Shown here in pieces: positions 60,442 through 64,000 of a stretch of DNA of 64,000 bases (positions are counted from its first letter, which is position 1; each line of letters starts with the position of its first letter). The stretch is from the IMG/VR virus record IMGVR_UViG_3300008255_000002; one strand, given 5' to 3'. The DNA comes from a virus. The position numbers were made by a program, and so were the translations under genes. The notes beneath the pieces are model-generated. The model did not search any database and was not told the origin of the DNA. It worked only from the letters and a program-made list of their open reading frames with translations.

Positions 60442-60840
60442 CTAAAATGGTACTTCTTCTGTATCCTCTACTTCTTCTTCTGTTTCCACTTCTAATTCCG
60501 GTTCTTCATCTTCCACTTGTGTTTGAGTTTCATTTCTATCTTTTTTAGGAGCACTAGCATTTTGATCAAATTGTAAGAATGAAGCTAAAATATATTCATA
60601 TTTCTTATCATTATAATCTTCTTGAACCAACAATCCCATAATTTTGATGCGATTTCCAGGTTTAAGTTTTTGGGCGAATTTTGCTGTATAATCCCAACAT
60701 TTTACTACCTTAAATGTTTTTTGTGTTTTTCCGTTGCTATAGAAATTACTTACAACATTAAATTGTGCCCATTCATTGCCATTTTTAGCTTTGCCGCTTT
60801 TTACTTCACGAACAACCGTAACATTATCTGATACTTGCAT
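60442..60840 (-). CDS. ssb: Single-stranded DNA-binding protein (OB fold)
   Basis: OB core plus acidic tail ending EEVPF. Confidence 0.85.
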   Translation of the reverse strand: MQVSDNVTVVREVKSGKAKNGNEWAQFNVVSNFYSNGKTQKTFKVVKCWDYTAKFAQKLKPGNRIKIMGLLVQEDYNDKKYEYILASFLQFDQNASAPKKDRNETQTQVEDEEPELEVETEEEVEDTEEVPF

Positions 60841-60870
60841 TATTTATTCCTTTTTAAAATATTAAATTAT

Positions 60871-63654
60871 TCAAATTCGTTTAGCTCCATTAATAATTAA
60901 TGATTTTTTATACTTTTCATCTTTGCTTGTGCTACGCGCACATTCAACTAAAACGCAAGCTCCTTCATAGACAGTTTTATCTTTTGTTAATTCTTTTAGC
61001 GTATCGGGAAAAATAACCGCGTTTACTTCTCCGGTTTTATCTTTCAATGTAACAAATGCCATATTCTGTCCGGCACTTGCTCCACCTTTACAAGTATGGT
61101 ATCTTAGCGAAGCAATTTCGACCAAAAAGTTTAGAGAATGATTGTCTAGTCGATCTTCTAGGAAGTCTTCTATTGTCGATGCTGTATTATTTTTATATTT
61201 ATCTAGGTTATTATAGGTTAAGCTAATTCCAAGTAATTCAGTTTCTTTTTCAATAATTTCGTGTTCAAAATCACTTAAATCCATTGGTGGTTTTTTTAGA
61301 ACATTAATAACGTCGTTGATAATAGAGACTCTGTTTTTATTGTGACACGCACCCCCTTCTTTTTTAGTTTTCGCGGCACTTGTTAATAAATCAATTATGT
61401 TATCGTGATTATGATAATTTTCCCTAACCCAAAGCTTTTCTTTTTCGTTGACTATAGAGAATTGAGCAACTTCAAAAGCCATTTTTTTTCTATCAGAACT
61501 AATTTTCCTTAACGCACCGCACTCAATTAATATTTTTAAAACTGATGGAGATAAATCATTTAAAACTAAAAATTCGTACCAGCTACAACCGTTTAATTTT
61601 AATTTTGATAATTGTTCTTTGGTGTGAATTGTGGTCGTTTCACCTATACCTGATATATCTGATAAACCAAATATAATTGTGTTTTTATCTAAAATTTTAA
61701 ATTGAATATCACTATTTATAATACATGGAGGAATCACATTAATATCAAACTGTTTCGCATCAACAACTAATTCAACTATAGATTCCTTTTCACCGTTACA
61801 ACCTTTGAGCCATGCGACGAACCAAGGCAAGACATGATTAGCTTTTAAATATGCTGTTGTGTAAGTTCTTATCCCATAACCATATGCGTGCGATGCATTA
61901 AAAATATAGCGCGCAGATGCTTTAATATTATTTGCAATGTTTTCAGCTTCCTCTTTAGTAACAATGCCTTTTTCTGTAGCTTTTTCAACAAATAATTTTA
62001 GAATATTTGTCATTTCTTCTGCGTTTTTCTTTCCGGCGGAATTATGTATAACCATTCCGTTTGCGATAATATATGGTGAATCTTCATCAGCAATTGTAAA
62101 ATCATATACGGGAATAGTTTTTACTTCTTGTCGTTCTGTTTCCAATATTTCATATGTGTGCTTTCCATTAGAAAGATTGATCCAATATGGATCGTTGGTG
62201 TTTATAGCTAATCTTTTAAATTTAGTTATTGATAAATCTTGAGAATAAACAGATCCTCCATCATTATTACAAATACATTGTGGGTATTGATCTATCATTT
62301 TTATAACAATATGATGTGGCACTGTATCTGTTGTAAATTGGGAAATTCTATTAATATTATTGATTAGGTCTTGTTTTTTATAATCTGCCCAAAACTCATG
62401 TAGATTTTCATTAATTAATTTCTTTTGATCTTCTACGTCATTAATGTATAATCTATAATATGTATCATTATATCCATCAACCTTCCTTTCTCTAATATAA
62501 CTTCTAATACCAAATCTTAACAAAAGTAGTTTTACCTGATTTATTAATTTGTTTGATTTGGATGAAAATTCTAATTGTCCGCCATCTTTATTTACTCCAG
62601 CCTCATGACCTAATAAATGAGATAAAAACACTCGTGTAGTTTCTTTTGTCATTCCCATCATAATATCTGGTAGTTTCTTTCTGTCTGAGCGACCAAAATC
62701 CATATATTTTAAAAGAAAATCTATATGTTGTTTGTGTAATCTTGCAACTCTACCACACGAATTCATTGGAGGATAATGACCAAAAACATTTTTAAATGAT
62801 TCTTTGTAAGAATTCATTACATTTTCATCAAAGTTTGTAAAATGACCATATCCGCCTTCTTTATTCTTATTATTAAATAATCCTTCGGCAACTATTCCGA
62901 CAATCACAATAGCTAAATCTTTACTTATTAAATCATCTCCATCATATTCGATTTCTCTTGTACAAACCATTACATCTTTTTGTGGTTTTAATCTAGATCT
63001 AGCTTTCCACCCCTGACTTGTTAGAAGTTGATGAAATTTTGTTGCTTTAACATTGAATCCGCTGTTTGTTTTAACAACCCCTGTATTACAAATTTTTGTT
63101 TGCCAAATTCTTTCTATTTTCTTCCATTGCTGCTTCCCATTCTCATCCATTACTAAAAAAAGATCATTTTTATATCCTTCTTTTAATAATCTATCTATAG
63201 TAATCCATCCCCGCGTTTTAGAAACAAACATTGTATCGCCAGATACACACTTCCTTAATTTATCAACCTCTAATAAACTAAAATCTGCCAATTCTCTAGC
63301 AATAGCCATCATCGCTTCTTGATAAATCATCAATTGTTCTGTATCACTTAACATTTTATCTAATGATGGATGCCACGAAATAGCTTCTTCTTCTTTGTTT
63401 TTTCTAAGTATATAGTGGTCTGTAATAGATATATTTTTTTCGTCGCGGGCATTGAGACAGCCGGGGCGAAGTAGGCTTAATAAGGCGGCTATATGATGTA
63501 TATTTTCAGGTTTTAACCTAGCACACATCTTACCCGCCCACTTCTTTTCTAATTGAAATACTCCGGCTGTTCTACCAGTCCAAAATATTTCTTCATATGT
63601 TTTTCTATCATCTAGTGGAATTGTTTCGTAGATGTTATTTGTTGTAAATTTCAT
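60871..63654 (-). CDS. dnaE: DNA polymerase III alpha, C-terminal part only, intein-containing
   Basis: IPLDD, GVFQLE, LLRPG, IYQE, FNASHAYGY, FGLSDISGIG, MAFVTLKDKTG; PHP and palm absent. Confidence 0.9.
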   Translation of the reverse strand: MKFTTNNIYETIPLDDRKTYEEIFWTGRTAGVFQLEKKWAGKMCARLKPENIHHIAALLSLLRPGCLNARDEKNISITDHYILRKNKEEEAISWHPSLDKMLSDTEQLMIYQEAMMAIARELADFSLLEVDKLRKCVSGDTMFVSKTRGWITIDRLLKEGYKNDLFLVMDENGKQQWKKIERIWQTKICNTGVVKTNSGFNVKATKFHQLLTSQGWKARSRLKPQKDVMVCTREIEYDGDDLISKDLAIVIVGIVAEGLFNNKNKEGGYGHFTNFDENVMNSYKESFKNVFGHYPPMNSCGRVARLHKQHIDFLLKYMDFGRSDRKKLPDIMMGMTKETTRVFLSHLLGHEAGVNKDGGQLEFSSKSNKLINQVKLLLLRFGIRSYIRERKVDGYNDTYYRLYINDVEDQKKLINENLHEFWADYKKQDLINNINRISQFTTDTVPHHIVIKMIDQYPQCICNNDGGSVYSQDLSITKFKRLAINTNDPYWINLSNGKHTYEILETERQEVKTIPVYDFTIADEDSPYIIANGMVIHNSAGKKNAEEMTNILKLFVEKATEKGIVTKEEAENIANNIKASARYIFNASHAYGYGIRTYTTAYLKANHVLPWFVAWLKGCNGEKESIVELVVDAKQFDINVIPPCIINSDIQFKILDKNTIIFGLSDISGIGETTTIHTKEQLSKLKLNGCSWYEFLVLNDLSPSVLKILIECGALRKISSDRKKMAFEVAQFSIVNEKEKLWVRENYHNHDNIIDLLTSAAKTKKEGGACHNKNRVSIINDVINVLKKPPMDLSDFEHEIIEKETELLGISLTYNNLDKYKNNTASTIEDFLEDRLDNHSLNFLVEIASLRYHTCKGGASAGQNMAFVTLKDKTGEVNAVIFPDTLKELTKDKTVYEGACVLVECARSTSKDEKYKKSLIINGAKRI
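62041..63249 (-). mobile_element. Intein (403 aa) with LAGLIDADG endonuclease in DnaE
   Basis: LRK|CVSGDT...TKFHQLL...VYDFTI...ANGMVIHN|SAGKK; removal restores DKLRKSAGKK. Confidence 0.92.
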
Positions 63655-63661
63655 AATTCGG

Positions 63662-63910
63662 CTATTCCTCTATCTCTGGTTTTTCAATCGGTCCATAAAA
63701 CCAACCAAATTCTTCGGCTACATATTCAGAATCTACCCCACATTGATAAATTTCTATATTGTCTGTTGCGAACTCAAATACATATTGTATGATAATTATT
63801 TGATAGGCTTTTCCTAAATCATCAAACCAATATTCCGCCCAATAAAAACCTTCATCTTTTGGAAGTGTATCTTTTGTCCAGCCGCGATGCGGTTTTTTAT
63901 ATAATTTCAT
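63662..63910 (-). CDS. Hypothetical protein
   Basis: 82 aa, W...LP...GFYW...FYGPI.KP. Confidence 0.6.
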   Translation of the reverse strand: MKLYKKPHRGWTKDTLPKDEGFYWAEYWFDDLGKAYQIIIIQYVFEFATDNIEIYQCGVDSEYVAEEFGWFYGPIEKPEIEE

Positions 63911-63999
63911 TTTGGACCCAAGCTCCCACTACGTATAGCGGGTTTCCAATAATTAGCAGTACTTCTAATATATTGCTCGTTTCGTTTCACAAAACTGAC
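63907..63999 (-). CDS. 3' end of a gene truncated by window edge
   Basis: VSFVKRNEQYIRSTANYWKPAIRSGSLGPK* with ATGA overlap. Confidence 0.45.
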   Translation of the reverse strand, partial: VSFVKRNEQYIRSTANYWKPAIRSGSLGPK

Positions 64000-64000
64000 A

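Noticed and set aside
21054-63817. Numerous 60-100 aa plus-strand ORFs in the minus-strand block
   Set aside because: Antisense shadows of AT-rich genes; Phe/Ile/Leu-rich composition is the expected artefact
1-64000. Stop-codon reassignment
   Set aside because: Code 11 gives dense, full-length genes; the breaks seen are frame changes, not in-frame stops

Overview
AT-rich segment of a large tailed dsDNA phage genome, read in standard genetic code 11, with no tRNA, rRNA or CRISPR array visible. All assignments come from motif recognition by eye, not from database searches. The + strand from 1 to 20559 is a long-tail morphogenesis module: neck/terminator-like genes, a major tail protein, chaperone-like genes, a 3018-aa tape measure protein and two large tail-tip proteins. 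A convergent terminator at about 20576-20595 separates it from a roughly 43 kb minus-strand block. That block encodes a Whirly-like ssDNA-binding protein coupled to a Rad52/ERF-like annealing protein, rIIA/rIIB, and about 20 glycan-building genes (glycosyltransferases, NDP-sugar epimerases/reductases, nucleotidyltransferases, methyltransferases). It also holds an RNA-repair cluster (kinase-phosphatase, stand-alone S4 domain, two different RNA ligases, HAD, YqeY), a GMP reductase fused to an HNH domain, a canonical SSB, the C-terminal half of a split DnaE carrying an intein, and many homing endonucleases. The best leads are the phage Whirly homolog plus annealase pair, the S4-interrupted RNA-repair operon, a ~400-nt highly structured ORF-free region (23103-23599), the glycosylation machinery, and the cassette-like cargo inside the tape measure protein. 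Three genes are broken by one extra base in homopolymer runs, most likely sequencing error.
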